Source: a virus
Direction: 5' to 3' (one strand)
Virus record (IMG/VR): IMGVR_UViG_3300028274_000006
Location: 1-64,000 of that record
Length of the DNA: 64,000 nucleotides
A program made the position numbers and the translations under genes. Under the pieces are notes generated by a model. It made no database searches and had not been told where the DNA came from. It was given only the letters and a program-made list of their open reading frames with translations. Positions 18,299 to 29,372 of this stretch are shown in pieces (within the stretch, counting starts at the first letter, position 1; each line of letters starts with the position of its first letter).

Positions 18299-19441
18299 AT
18301 GGCATATTCACCAGCTTCCAGCACATTTCCCACAGCTAAAACTACATTCGTTGATCCTACAGCTACAAGTAGTCAAAATACGTTTGACCACGCAGGACTT
18401 GAATCAGCACAGAACGATGGTATTGAAAAACTTGAAACAGCGGTGGGTATTACCGCAAGTGCTGACACAGCATCTTTAAACTATAAACTTACCAACGCCT
18501 CACAAAGCAATCCAGGACACAAGCATACCGTAGCTGACGGAGCTACCGATGTTACCTCTAGTGCCGCGGAACTCAACCAATTAGACGGAGTAACTGTTGG
18601 AGGAACTTCAAGCGGAGACATTGTTGATTTAGATACAGCACAAACCCTAGCCACTAAAACCCTAACAAGTCCTGTATTAAACGGGACTCTTTCTGGTACG
18701 GCCTTCTTAGATCAAGATGCAATGGATGATGACAGCGCTATTGCAGTAGCTAGCCAACAATCAATTAAGGCTTATGTTGACGCCAGTGCTGGTGGATCTA
18801 CAACTGGTTGGACTTCAGATAGTGATACCTGGGTATATGCTTCGGCACAGACTTTTACAATTGCAGGTAAAGACGTAACCACAACTTTTACTAAAGGGAC
18901 ACGGCTCATTTGGACACAAACAACTGTTAAATATGGAGTGGTGGTAGCAAGCTCATTCTCAACTGACACAACGGTTACAATAATGACCAACACCGATTAC
19001 ACGATTGCAAATGCTGCTATTACAGTAAATTCATACTCATATCAACAGAATCCACAAGGTTATCCAACTTGGTTTGATATTGCCGCTCCAACATGGACTG
19101 GACTAGACGATGGGGCTGGTGGACAGCCAAGTGTGTCAGTGTGTAGAGGAATGGTTAATGGGAATACTTTTGATGCTCATATTCATCTCGCCCCGACTAA
19201 AGCTGGCACAAGTAATACTTTCTATCTAGAAACAAGTGATACTGTTTTTCCAGTATGGGTTAATAGGGCTGATAGATCTGGTCTGGGCTTTGTTTATTCT
19301 CAAACATCTGGAGATAGTAATAATTTAATGACTGCATTTTCAATCGGAACAAAGATATATACCGGATATGCAATCCAGTCCAGTATTACTGACAATACAG
19401 CATGGACTCATATGACTTATAACTTGAAGTGGGAAATCTAA
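18299..19441 (+). CDS. Virion fibre/appendage protein
   Basis: T/S/A-rich, QTLATKTLTSP repeat; N-terminus shared with 57960, different C-terminus. Confidence 0.75.
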   Translation: MAYSPASSTFPTAKTTFVDPTATSSQNTFDHAGLESAQNDGIEKLETAVGITASADTASLNYKLTNASQSNPGHKHTVADGATDVTSSAAELNQLDGVTVGGTSSGDIVDLDTAQTLATKTLTSPVLNGTLSGTAFLDQDAMDDDSAIAVASQQSIKAYVDASAGGSTTGWTSDSDTWVYASAQTFTIAGKDVTTTFTKGTRLIWTQTTVKYGVVVASSFSTDTTVTIMTNTDYTIANAAITVNSYSYQQNPQGYPTWFDIAAPTWTGLDDGAGGQPSVSVCRGMVNGNTFDAHIHLAPTKAGTSNTFYLETSDTVFPVWVNRADRSGLGFVYSQTSGDSNNLMTAFSIGTKIYTGYAIQSSITDNTAWTHMTYNLKWEI

Positions 19442-19621
19442 ATGACAACATGGACCGACTCTACAAGCGTATCTACTAGCTGGACAGAACAAGATTTTGA
19501 GGACAGATCAATAATTGCCTTCAATCAAGAAGGGATTACTTTTAACTTTAACATCACTTTTAATGGAATTACCAGTTATCAAGATGCAAGCTCAGTAACA
19601 ACAGATTGGACTGACGCATAG
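19442..19621 (+). CDS. Small virion protein (59 aa)
   Basis: MTTWTD...DWTDA; homolog 59742-59945. Confidence 0.7.
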   Translation: MTTWTDSTSVSTSWTEQDFEDRSIIAFNQEGITFNFNITFNGITSYQDASSVTTDWTDA

Positions 19622-19628
19622 GAGAATT

Positions 19629-20339
19629 ATGACATTAGACGAACTACTAACAGATTTAAATAACAGAATCGGCTCTACACCAGAGGTGAGTAATGCCAAT
19701 ATGACCACCTGGATTAATGAAGGCTTGAGAGCTTTTTGTAGAGAGCATGACTTTACTTGGTTGGAGAAGAAGGCGACCGCATCTTCAGTAGCTAGTCAGG
19801 CTGAATATGACTTACCAGATGATTATAGGAGAGCTGTTGAATTAAGGGTGGACGGAACAACATCATCACCAAATGTTTATTCATGGGTTCCTCACGAGCA
19901 GCGTGTCTTATATGACACAAGCCAAAGGATATTCTCAGAGTTTGGGGGGTCTTTTGCACTTAACCCAATTCCCTCAGCGGTTGGGACAAACAACATTGAG
20001 CTTTGGTATCTTCGTAGGCCAACCAATATGACTGTTGGGACACAGAGCCCCTCAGATGCAGCAATAGCATCAATGCCAGCAGAATATCACGAGGCTTTAG
20101 TTATCTATGCGTTTGCCATCTACAACTCTTATGACGAAGAGCATGATGAGAAGCGTGAATTAATGGGCAATCCTAGAAATCCCGTACCTGGAACTTATTA
20201 CTATTATGTAAACTTAGCAATTAAAGATGATACACGCCAAAAAAGAGGTGGAAGACGTAAGTTTATGAGCTTCCAGGAGTTTGTTGGACACTCACACCCA
20301 AACCAAACACCGAGATCTAATACAGTACTAGGAAATTGA
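19629..20339 (+). CDS. Head-tail adaptor (tail tubular A-like)
   Basis: WINEG, YDLPDDY, MPAEYHEALV.YA. Confidence 0.75.
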   Translation: MTLDELLTDLNNRIGSTPEVSNANMTTWINEGLRAFCREHDFTWLEKKATASSVASQAEYDLPDDYRRAVELRVDGTTSSPNVYSWVPHEQRVLYDTSQRIFSEFGGSFALNPIPSAVGTNNIELWYLRRPTNMTVGTQSPSDAAIASMPAEYHEALVIYAFAIYNSYDEEHDEKRELMGNPRNPVPGTYYYYVNLAIKDDTRQKRGGRRKFMSFQEFVGHSHPNQTPRSNTVLGN

Positions 20340-20340
20340 T

Positions 20341-21891
20341 ATGGCTAGAAACTTTGTCTACTATCGTAAAAGGACTTACTCAGGGGGTCAAAATGATGCT
20401 GCTGATTTAGATCAGTTGCGTGATGATGAGTCTAGAGTGGTCCAGAATGCTTATATTGGAAAAGAAGGTATCGTACAAAAGAGAAGTGGAACCACCATCT
20501 TAGGAGATGACACCGGTGATACTAAAATCACGGGATTAGATTCGTGGAAGGAGTCTGATGGGACTAAGTGGCTATTTTCAACAACTGGTACGGATCTTAG
20601 ATACCTGAACTCTACTACTTGGGATACCCTAGATAATGGATTCACAACAGGATTAGATACAGAATTCGTCGTTGCTGATAATAAACTCTACATCCTTAAT
20701 GGAACTGACAACATGCACAGCTATGATGGTGCATCTGTAGCTCTTAATTCAGGTCTTGTTGATATGGGGAATGCTGCTGTTCCAAAAGCTAAGTATGGAG
20801 TCTGGTGGAAGAACTACATGTTTATTTGTGGAGCTAGCGTTTTTGATGGTACTAGCTATCCCACAAGAGTATGGTTTTCTAATATTGGTGATGCAGACAC
20901 TTGGACAACCGCAACTGATTACTTTGATGTAGGATTAGACGATGGCCAAGCAATTACTGGCATAGGCATTCTAGATAAGTTTTTAGTTATCTTTAAAGAG
21001 AACTCAATTTACATCCTTACAGGAGATGGTCCCAGTGCTTGGAAGCTATCTGCCACCGTAAACAACTTGGTTACTATAGCCAACGGTGTTGGTTGTGCTT
21101 CTCACCGATCAATCGTTCAGGTAAGCAATGATCTTTGGTTCATGGATCAGAATGGAAACATTAGATCTATAAGAAAGAATGAAGAGGGCGGAAATCCTCT
21201 ATATGGAATCATCAGTGCTAATATTCAGGGAACTATTGATGGACTTAACAAGGGGTCTTTATCTAAGGTTGCAGGCAAGCTATTTAACAACAGGGTTTAC
21301 TATGCAGCGCCCAATGGGTCATCTAGCTTTAACAACATATTAATGGTTGCTGATCTTAGGATTAGGATAGATAAACCACTTAACCCTCATCCCTGGGTAA
21401 CTTATACCGGTTGGAGTCCAGGAGTTTTGGCGGTCTATTTGCCTAGCAATCAACCACAGCTCTACTATGGTGAGGGTGATGCTGATTCATTGATATATCA
21501 AGCTGAAACCGGCACAAATGATAACAGCGCGGCCATAGACTTTGACATTAAAGACAGAATGATAGACCTAAGAGATCCGGACATGAGAAAGACGGCCAGG
21601 TTTATTATCGTTACGGCAGAATCAGGGGGAGACTACAACGTCGCAGTATCTTCAAGTCTTGATGGAACCACGTTCAGCGAACATGGAAATATTAATCTTT
21701 ACTCTGGAGACGTATGGAACTCTGGAACATGGGATACATCAACCTGGGGTTATGGAGTTGAAATTAAAAAGAAGTTTGCCTTACAAAGAGCAAGCGAACA
21801 GATTATGATACGTTTTAGAAATAACGCAGCAGATCAGGCAGTAACAATGAAGCCATACACTTTGGCATTCAAACCAAAGAAAATTAAATAA
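20341..21891 (+). CDS. Tail nozzle / stabilisation protein (P22 gp10 / tail tubular B-like)
   Basis: RVWFS, LVIFKENSIY, GVGC motifs; position after adaptor. Confidence 0.8.
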   Translation: MARNFVYYRKRTYSGGQNDAADLDQLRDDESRVVQNAYIGKEGIVQKRSGTTILGDDTGDTKITGLDSWKESDGTKWLFSTTGTDLRYLNSTTWDTLDNGFTTGLDTEFVVADNKLYILNGTDNMHSYDGASVALNSGLVDMGNAAVPKAKYGVWWKNYMFICGASVFDGTSYPTRVWFSNIGDADTWTTATDYFDVGLDDGQAITGIGILDKFLVIFKENSIYILTGDGPSAWKLSATVNNLVTIANGVGCASHRSIVQVSNDLWFMDQNGNIRSIRKNEEGGNPLYGIISANIQGTIDGLNKGSLSKVAGKLFNNRVYYAAPNGSSSFNNILMVADLRIRIDKPLNPHPWVTYTGWSPGVLAVYLPSNQPQLYYGEGDADSLIYQAETGTNDNSAAIDFDIKDRMIDLRDPDMRKTARFIIVTAESGGDYNVAVSSSLDGTTFSEHGNINLYSGDVWNSGTWDTSTWGYGVEIKKKFALQRASEQIMIRFRNNAADQAVTMKPYTLAFKPKKIK

Positions 21892-21900
21892 AGGAGATTT

Positions 21901-22602
21901 ATGGGAGTAATAACTAAACCAAACACTTATGTAGCAGGTAGTACAATCCTAGCATCAGAAGTAAACGCTAACGAAGATACTCTATACACGTTAGTTAATG
22001 GCAATATAGAGAACGCTAATATTAAAGCAGCAGCAGCCATTGCTTATTCAAAGTTGAACCTAACCGGGGCTATTCTGGCCGCAGACTTAGCAACTGACGC
22101 AGTTGAGACAGCTAAGATTAAAGACGCCAACGTAACAACGGCAAAGATTGCAGATGATGCAGTAGATGGGGACAAACTAGCAGATGACACAGTAGATGAT
22201 TCAAAACTTAATCTGACTCAAGATCAGACACGCAAGGGAAACAACGCGGCTATTACAGCTACGGCTTCTTTAGGGACTACAATCATAACTCATGCTTCCC
22301 TACCAGCAGGCAAATACATTTTCTATGGTAACTGTGCCTGTTATGTAGATACAGGAGCGGACGTTACTGGTGCTATCATTTGGGAATTAAATGATGGGTC
22401 AAGTCAAATTCATGCAGACATGCCTGGATTTAAATTTGACAGCGCAAGTGGTGCGCAAACTGAATGGTCTGGAGCTGGATTTATAACTGTTAACACACTT
22501 AGTGGTACTACCACTGTAAACTTAGCGGCTTACAAAAAGGGTGGAATCACTAATGGTAATTATTCAGGAGCCACAATGTTTGGCTACATCAGAATAGCTT
22601 AA
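21901..22602 (+). CDS. Tail fibre/spike protein
   Basis: ASEVNAN N-terminus; AVETAKIKDANVTTAKIADDAV repeats. Confidence 0.75.
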   Translation: MGVITKPNTYVAGSTILASEVNANEDTLYTLVNGNIENANIKAAAAIAYSKLNLTGAILAADLATDAVETAKIKDANVTTAKIADDAVDGDKLADDTVDDSKLNLTQDQTRKGNNAAITATASLGTTIITHASLPAGKYIFYGNCACYVDTGADVTGAIIWELNDGSSQIHADMPGFKFDSASGAQTEWSGAGFITVNTLSGTTTVNLAAYKKGGITNGNYSGATMFGYIRIA

Positions 22603-22612
22603 AGGAGAATAT

Positions 22613-23362
22613 ATGGCATCAGTTGACGAACAAATTAGAGCACTAGATAGTCAGGCCGCTGATGAGATCAATAAATATATTGATGAACTCAAGGGCGAGG
22701 CTCAAGGTGACTTTGATTTTATTACTAAGTTTTTAAAGAGGCAATTTGAGACTGCTTTAGGAACTGACAATCAAGCCAGAGCTGAGTTCTTTTCTAAGGT
22801 TGCCAACCAGTTGGAAAAACGCATTGGGAGAATTCCCTTTGACTTTGATCTTAAAACTGGCAGAGAGAAGGTAGATATTGCCAACTTCTTGAGAAGACAA
22901 GACATAGAAGACACCGACCTACGGGCCAGAGAAGCGGAGTTTGAGCAACAACAAGAATTTGCAACCGGCATAGAGACTGAACAACGCAAAGAAGAGTTTG
23001 GGGCTAGAGGACTTTTAGACTCAGGGCTTCAGGTTAAGCGCAGACAACAGCAAGAAGAGGCAAGGAAACTAAGCACTGATCCTATTCGTAGGGCGTTTGA
23101 TCTTGAGAGAACTCGTAGAACAGAGCAATCAAAAGAAGCTCAACTACAAAGCGGGCGCAGACTAGAAGATATCCAAACAGGAGCTAGAAGAGGTGCAGAA
23201 GATGTACAGTTTGGATTTGATAAGGGTAGCGAGGCAGCTCAGTTAGACTTTGAAAAGAGACTGTCTGCTATTGAAAGAACTGGAGCTTCTGAGAGAAGAA
23301 ACGTACTATCTCTACTAACACAAGAAGAATTATTAAAGAAACAACTAGGACAATTCGGATAA
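22613..23362 (+). CDS. Probable internal virion (ejection) protein
   Basis: Helical E/Q/R-rich; position after tail genes. Confidence 0.55.
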   Translation: MASVDEQIRALDSQAADEINKYIDELKGEAQGDFDFITKFLKRQFETALGTDNQARAEFFSKVANQLEKRIGRIPFDFDLKTGREKVDIANFLRRQDIEDTDLRAREAEFEQQQEFATGIETEQRKEEFGARGLLDSGLQVKRRQQQEEARKLSTDPIRRAFDLERTRRTEQSKEAQLQSGRRLEDIQTGARRGAEDVQFGFDKGSEAAQLDFEKRLSAIERTGASERRNVLSLLTQEELLKKQLGQFG

Positions 23363-24354
23363 TGACAGACCTACCAAGTTTTACCAGAGATCTAGAACAA
23401 TTCAGGCAAGAGTCCGATATATCTGGAGTGGGACAGCGACCAATTAATGCCGCTACCCCAATTTTAGATCCTTCCGTAAAAGAAACTCCAGAGATTGAAC
23501 AACAGGAAATTAGCGCACCATCATTTGCTGATGATATAGCTAGTTTTAACAAGGAAACTATTGATGTAGGGAGCCAGGCAAAAGAAGTTGCTTCTAGAGT
23601 TAATACGCTGAATGTTGAATTAATTAACAAACAGGAAGAAGCTGCTAAAAAAGAACAAGAAAAGGAGCCTTACGATCCTACTGGCAAGACTCCAGAACAG
23701 ATTATGGCTGAAACAGGTCAGCAGTCTTTACTAGATGACTTAGGAAAAAAGGGCATTGATGTTAATCAGTTAGCTCAATCTAGACAAATGGAGCGCAAGG
23801 GGATTGACGCGGTACAGCTAGAGAGAGTTAACCAATTAGTTAGTCAGGGACTTTCAGAAAAAGAGGCTTTTTACAACGTAGCCATAGAAGGCAACGTAGA
23901 AGAGGATATCCCTGGATTAAAACTCTTTGAGGGCGACTTTGATATTAGCCAACAGTTTAACAACTTTAACCCATCGCTCTACAAAGGCATTACTGCCGAC
24001 AGTAGACACAAGGGCTTAGATGTTGCTGTTCCTAAAAACACTGAACTAAAGGCCCCTGTATCAGGAGAAGTTAGATTGGGATTTGACCAGAATGGCTACG
24101 GTAGAAACGTTGTTATAATAGATGAGTTGGGAAACAGCCATAGAATTTCACACATGGACTCGTTTAGCCCACAAGCTGTCACAGCAGCTAATGAAGGCAA
24201 AAAGATAGGAGCAGGACAATCAATAGGATTAAGTGGAGGCAAAGGAAGATTTGCAGGAAACTCCACTGGCTATCACACTGATATATCGGTTAGAAACAGC
24301 AGGGGTCAATTTGTGAACCCATTATCATTATCAGTTTATAGTCAATTATTTTAA
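23362..24354 (+). CDS. Virion-associated protein with C-terminal M23 peptidase domain
   Basis: HKGLD, APVSG, GYGRNV, SHM, STGYHTD. Confidence 0.8.
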   Translation: MTDLPSFTRDLEQFRQESDISGVGQRPINAATPILDPSVKETPEIEQQEISAPSFADDIASFNKETIDVGSQAKEVASRVNTLNVELINKQEEAAKKEQEKEPYDPTGKTPEQIMAETGQQSLLDDLGKKGIDVNQLAQSRQMERKGIDAVQLERVNQLVSQGLSEKEAFYNVAIEGNVEEDIPGLKLFEGDFDISQQFNNFNPSLYKGITADSRHKGLDVAVPKNTELKAPVSGEVRLGFDQNGYGRNVVIIDELGNSHRISHMDSFSPQAVTAANEGKKIGAGQSIGLSGGKGRFAGNSTGYHTDISVRNSRGQFVNPLSLSVYSQLF

Positions 24355-24363
24355 GGAGAATAT

Positions 24364-25500
24364 ATGGTATTAGATACACCACCGCAGGCACAAGCAGGAG
24401 ATGAATTAGCAAGACAACTACAGTCAAGTTTACAAGCTCAGCTTTCTTTGGCAGAGGACTTTCAAAGCAGAGCACAAGAGAGGTTTCCAGAACTTCAAAA
24501 AAGAACTAATGAAGTTCAAGCATTTGCAAGAGGAACGGATCCAGGACAAGGAGCTTCTAGTGTAGAAGCACTACGCAACTTAGGAGAAAGAGTATCTGGG
24601 GAAGCCCCCAGTGCCTTATTAACAGCTTCTTCTGGATTGGGTAGAGCACTACAAACCGGATTGGATGAAACAGTAGCTGCTGAAAGAAGAGGGTTTCAAG
24701 AAACTCAAAGCGACAACGTAATAAACATAATAAGCAAAATGATTTCCCTCAAAGAGAGACAGGATGAAGCGGTAAGACAATCTGTTAAGGATGGATTCAA
24801 GGTTACTGCAGATGGAACTATAGAGCCATTGAGCGAGCAAGAGTTTGCTCAAAGAGAGTTAGTTGGGGAAGATGCAGTTGCAGAAGTTATTAAGCAAGGT
24901 GGAAGTGACTTGGTAAGAAAAGGCGGTACTAAAGACGAGAGGTATGCGATTGCAGAATCAATTCTCCGGTCTGGAGGTATTCAACAATACAAACAACAAA
25001 TTCCATTGATTGAACTCATAACAAATTCAGAAGAAAAAGATATTAAAACTCAAACAGACTTACTTCAACTGATTGATCAGGGAGTTGCTTTGTTTTCAGG
25101 TACAGATGTGAAAACAGGAACTGGTCCATTTGCGGCATTAATCCCAGGCTTTTTAGCTGGTGAGAAAACAAGATCTCTAAGGAGAGTAGTTGAAAACGTT
25201 AAGGCTCAATATGCAAAAATTATATCTGGAGCAACGGTTTCAGATAGAGAAATGAGCAGACTAGAGAAGTTCTTGCCAACATCTGGAAAGACAGAGACTG
25301 AAAACCTAGAGGATTTAAAACAACTATCTAAAGATCTTATGATTAACCAATTAATTTTTGAAAAGGGTAAACGAGAAGGATTGACTGCTAACCAGGCGTA
25401 CAGCGAGTACGGTCAAGAGATTTTTGATCAATTTGAAGGAACTGGGGCGGGATCATCAAATCAAGATAATGACAAAATATTAGAAGAAATGGGGTTCTAA
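24364..25500 (+). CDS. Probable ejection protein
   Basis: Helical; SGATVSDREM..L..FLP motif; synteny. Confidence 0.6.
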   Translation: MVLDTPPQAQAGDELARQLQSSLQAQLSLAEDFQSRAQERFPELQKRTNEVQAFARGTDPGQGASSVEALRNLGERVSGEAPSALLTASSGLGRALQTGLDETVAAERRGFQETQSDNVINIISKMISLKERQDEAVRQSVKDGFKVTADGTIEPLSEQEFAQRELVGEDAVAEVIKQGGSDLVRKGGTKDERYAIAESILRSGGIQQYKQQIPLIELITNSEEKDIKTQTDLLQLIDQGVALFSGTDVKTGTGPFAALIPGFLAGEKTRSLRRVVENVKAQYAKIISGATVSDREMSRLEKFLPTSGKTETENLEDLKQLSKDLMINQLIFEKGKREGLTANQAYSEYGQEIFDQFEGTGAGSSNQDNDKILEEMGF

Positions 25501-25502
25501 AT

Positions 25503-26927
25503 ATGCCAACAGATAAAAGATTATTATTACAACAAGCTAAAGAGAGAAACCCCAACCTTACAAGAGAAGAGGCTTCCTTTATTTTAAAACAAGCAGACTT
25601 TAAATCAGAGCCAACTGGATTTCAGAAGGTAGCTAAGAAAGTTTCTAAGGCTGCACCAACGGCAGGAGCTATTCTAGGAGGAATTGCTGGATCAATACTC
25701 GGAGCACCAAGTGGACCAGGAGCCATCGTAACCGGTGCTGCTGGATCAGCTGTTGGAACTGCTGCTGGATTAGGAGTTGGTGAAACTCTAGAAGATGCTT
25801 TTAAAATTCAAGATGAAACAGCAAGTGAAAGAGCTGTTGAACTTGTAAAAGAACCAGCTATAGCCGGATTATTTGATTTACTTACAGCAGGTACTTTAAG
25901 GATAGCTGGTAAGACACTAGGACCAGTAGGACGCGCTTTAAAGGGAGCTGCTAAAGGAGCTGGTAGGGTGTTTGTTCCTAAAAATGCAAGCACTAAGGCT
26001 TTTAGTTCAATATTCAAAACAAGTAGTCGCGTTGCGTCTGAGCTGAAACCAGATGAGGTGGCTAGTGAAATGGTCAAACATGGATTCACTGGAGATCTAG
26101 ATGATCTTGCAAAGATTGCAGACGACGTAAGTGGAGCTGAAGGACAAATTAGCAGAATAACTAGAAATGCAGTTGGTAAGATAGGGAAGAACATTGATAT
26201 TGGAGATGCATTGACTGCCACGGGTAAAGCTGCTGACGACGCTGTTAATCTAGACGCCAAAACACTGAAAAACGTTCAGGTTGGTATAAACAACATCTTG
26301 AGCAAAAACATTGGTGGCACAAAAAGCGTTACTGGGATTAATCCACTAGACGCTTTAGATTCCCAAAGAACTTTGGAGAGGATAGGATATGGTCTTCTAA
26401 ACAAGGCTTCTAGAAGTGCTGACGGACTCTCTGCTGAAGTGTTAGAGCAACAAGCTAAAATCTATCTAAGCACTGCTGATGAGGTAGCAAATGCCATTGA
26501 TAAGGCAACCAAAGGGGCCATAGTTGATAGTTTTAAAACATCTCAAATAATAGATTCTCTAAACGCTATCTCTCCAAGATTAGCAAATCAATTCAAGGCT
26601 GCTAAAACTATCCCGGAGATCAGATCAATAGCAAAGCCATTTGTGAGAATGTCTAAACTAATTGAAGCTACTAAGGCTTACTCTAGCTCAGCTTTCATAG
26701 AAGGATTAAAAGGAAGAGGAATTGGAGACGTAGCGGTTGGTGCAATTACTAGACCAGAAGCAGCTACATCGTTTGCGGTAGCCGGAAAAGAATTGGCTGA
26801 GAGCATTCCTGGAAGAGCTGCCAAAGGTGCAGTTGAATTAACTGGTAGAGCTGCAGAAGCAGTTTTGTCACCGAGCACAGCTAGGATGTTAGTTCAATTG
26901 GGGTTAATACCAAGTAGAGAAGAATAG
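25503..26927 (+). CDS. Probable ejection/DNA-transfer protein
   Basis: A/G-rich hydrophobic glycine-zipper segment, helical remainder. Confidence 0.6.
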   Translation: MPTDKRLLLQQAKERNPNLTREEASFILKQADFKSEPTGFQKVAKKVSKAAPTAGAILGGIAGSILGAPSGPGAIVTGAAGSAVGTAAGLGVGETLEDAFKIQDETASERAVELVKEPAIAGLFDLLTAGTLRIAGKTLGPVGRALKGAAKGAGRVFVPKNASTKAFSSIFKTSSRVASELKPDEVASEMVKHGFTGDLDDLAKIADDVSGAEGQISRITRNAVGKIGKNIDIGDALTATGKAADDAVNLDAKTLKNVQVGINNILSKNIGGTKSVTGINPLDALDSQRTLERIGYGLLNKASRSADGLSAEVLEQQAKIYLSTADEVANAIDKATKGAIVDSFKTSQIIDSLNAISPRLANQFKAAKTIPEIRSIAKPFVRMSKLIEATKAYSSSAFIEGLKGRGIGDVAVGAITRPEAATSFAVAGKELAESIPGRAAKGAVELTGRAAEAVLSPSTARMLVQLGLIPSREE

Positions 26928-26996
26928 TTATCTACCACCAAACATGGCGCCAGATAAAAATATTAAAAATAAAACTAAAACTATAATACCGATCAT
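26928..26996 (-). CDS. 22-aa hydrophobic peptide, leaderless
   Basis: MIGIIVLVLFLIFLSGAMFGGR*; minus-strand TGTTATAAT (27012-27004) exactly 7 nt before the ATG. Confidence 0.6.
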   Translation of the reverse strand: MIGIIVLVLFLIFLSGAMFGGR

Positions 26997-27011
26997 AAAG
27001 GACATTATAAC

Positions 27012-27392
27012 ATGGCAACACAAACAGCGACCGAATTAACAATACAAAGACTGAAAAACGAGTCTTCAGACAAGTCAGTTTCACCTGTAATTCCCAGAGA
27101 AGGAATGATGGGGAGAGCGTCTGCTGGTACTTGGCATAATGTGTTAGTAGACACAGATGGTAAGTTACAAACTGCTGCCGTTTCCTCAAGTAAGGGATTA
27201 CAATTTGATACTGATTCTGGAGTATCCACCACCTTCTATTTAGGCACAGCAGCTACAGGAACAGCTACATCAGCGGCAAGTTGGGCTATTCAAAAAATAA
27301 CCACAGCCTCTGGTGTTCAGATGCTATGGGCTGATGGCAATTCAACAGAAGATAATATTTGGGATAACAGAGAGTCTTTATCATATTCATAA
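27012..27392 (+). CDS. Small virion fibre-associated protein
   Basis: YLG.A...TSAASWAIQKI...WDNRESLSY. Confidence 0.6.
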   Translation: MATQTATELTIQRLKNESSDKSVSPVIPREGMMGRASAGTWHNVLVDTDGKLQTAAVSSSKGLQFDTDSGVSTTFYLGTAATGTATSAASWAIQKITTASGVQMLWADGNSTEDNIWDNRESLSYS

Positions 27393-28409
<1,017 letters not shown>

Positions 28410-28411
28410 AT

Positions 28412-28882
28412 ATGCACATAAAAATTGAACCATCGGGATGTTGTGAACTAAAAGGTTTAGTGCAAATAAGAACCTGTTTTTATCTTGAACCAGGTGAAGT
28501 TGGATATGATGAGTTTGTTTACCAGTCACCTATTATCCCAGAGGGGGGTTACACTGGTGGGGTTGATGATGCTGGAAATCCAACTGATATTGAGGATTAT
28601 AATGAGTGGCTTGCTGGCCTAGATACTGAGCAAAAAGTTAACCCATTTCATAACCACTTTATATATGTTCCACACACATCTAGTGATGAGGAGATCTTAG
28701 ATAAAGCAGAGGCGTTTGCAAGGGAGGCCTATGTTTTACACTCAAACAATCAGTTGATGGACATGAAAAACAAAGATGTTGTTTTCCCAGATGTAATTGA
28801 TAAAGAATCTTGTGATGCTAGAGTTGATGAATTAATAGCAACTAACCCCTCAAGAACAAAGGAGACATCATCATGGCTTTAA
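28412..28882 (+). CDS. Acidic hypothetical protein, possible fibre chaperone
   Basis: 156-aa ORF between fibre genes. Confidence 0.55.
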   Translation: MHIKIEPSGCCELKGLVQIRTCFYLEPGEVGYDEFVYQSPIIPEGGYTGGVDDAGNPTDIEDYNEWLAGLDTEQKVNPFHNHFIYVPHTSSDEEILDKAEAFAREAYVLHSNNQLMDMKNKDVVFPDVIDKESCDARVDELIATNPSRTKETSSWL

Positions 28883-29367
28883 TTGATGTAGGGCTGGCTG
28901 CGATTGATAGAGCTAGTATTTGGCAAAACCCAACCTATACACTAATAAATAAGGATAACTCTGCCGATGGCACTGGAACGCTAACCTCTGTTGAAATATG
29001 GGCTAATGTAACCACAACTGGGACTGTAGTCGCAACCTTTTTCGGTTCTAGCACAACTTATACTAGTAGGGCTGGCACAACTATTGGTGCGGTAACTGCT
29101 GGGTCAAAACAAACCTTTTCTGGATTGAGCATTCCAGTTGAAACAGGCGACCTAATAGGTATGTATGTAGGGTCTGCGGGCAAGATGGAGATGGGTACTG
29201 CGGGTACAACAGGTATGTATTACAAGTCTGGCAATAATATTACTGAAGCTGAGGTATCTGGCTACACTGACTATAGTTATGGTTTCAGTCTCTATGGCAC
29301 AGGAGCAACTGCCGCAGCCGGTGGTAGAAACCCAGCAACAATATTTGGTAATTATGCAATGGTATAG
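28873..29367 (+). CDS. Probable virion beta-rich protein
   Basis: T/G-rich composition. Confidence 0.55.
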   Translation: MALIDVGLAAIDRASIWQNPTYTLINKDNSADGTGTLTSVEIWANVTTTGTVVATFFGSSTTYTSRAGTTIGAVTAGSKQTFSGLSIPVETGDLIGMYVGSAGKMEMGTAGTTGMYYKSGNNITEAEVSGYTDYSYGFSLYGTGATAAAGGRNPATIFGNYAMV

Positions 29368-29372
29368 CAATT

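Noticed and set aside
18299-22602. Diversity-generating retroelement acting on fibres
   Set aside because: No reverse transcriptase and no adenine-specific TR/VR pair seen; differences are domain swaps.
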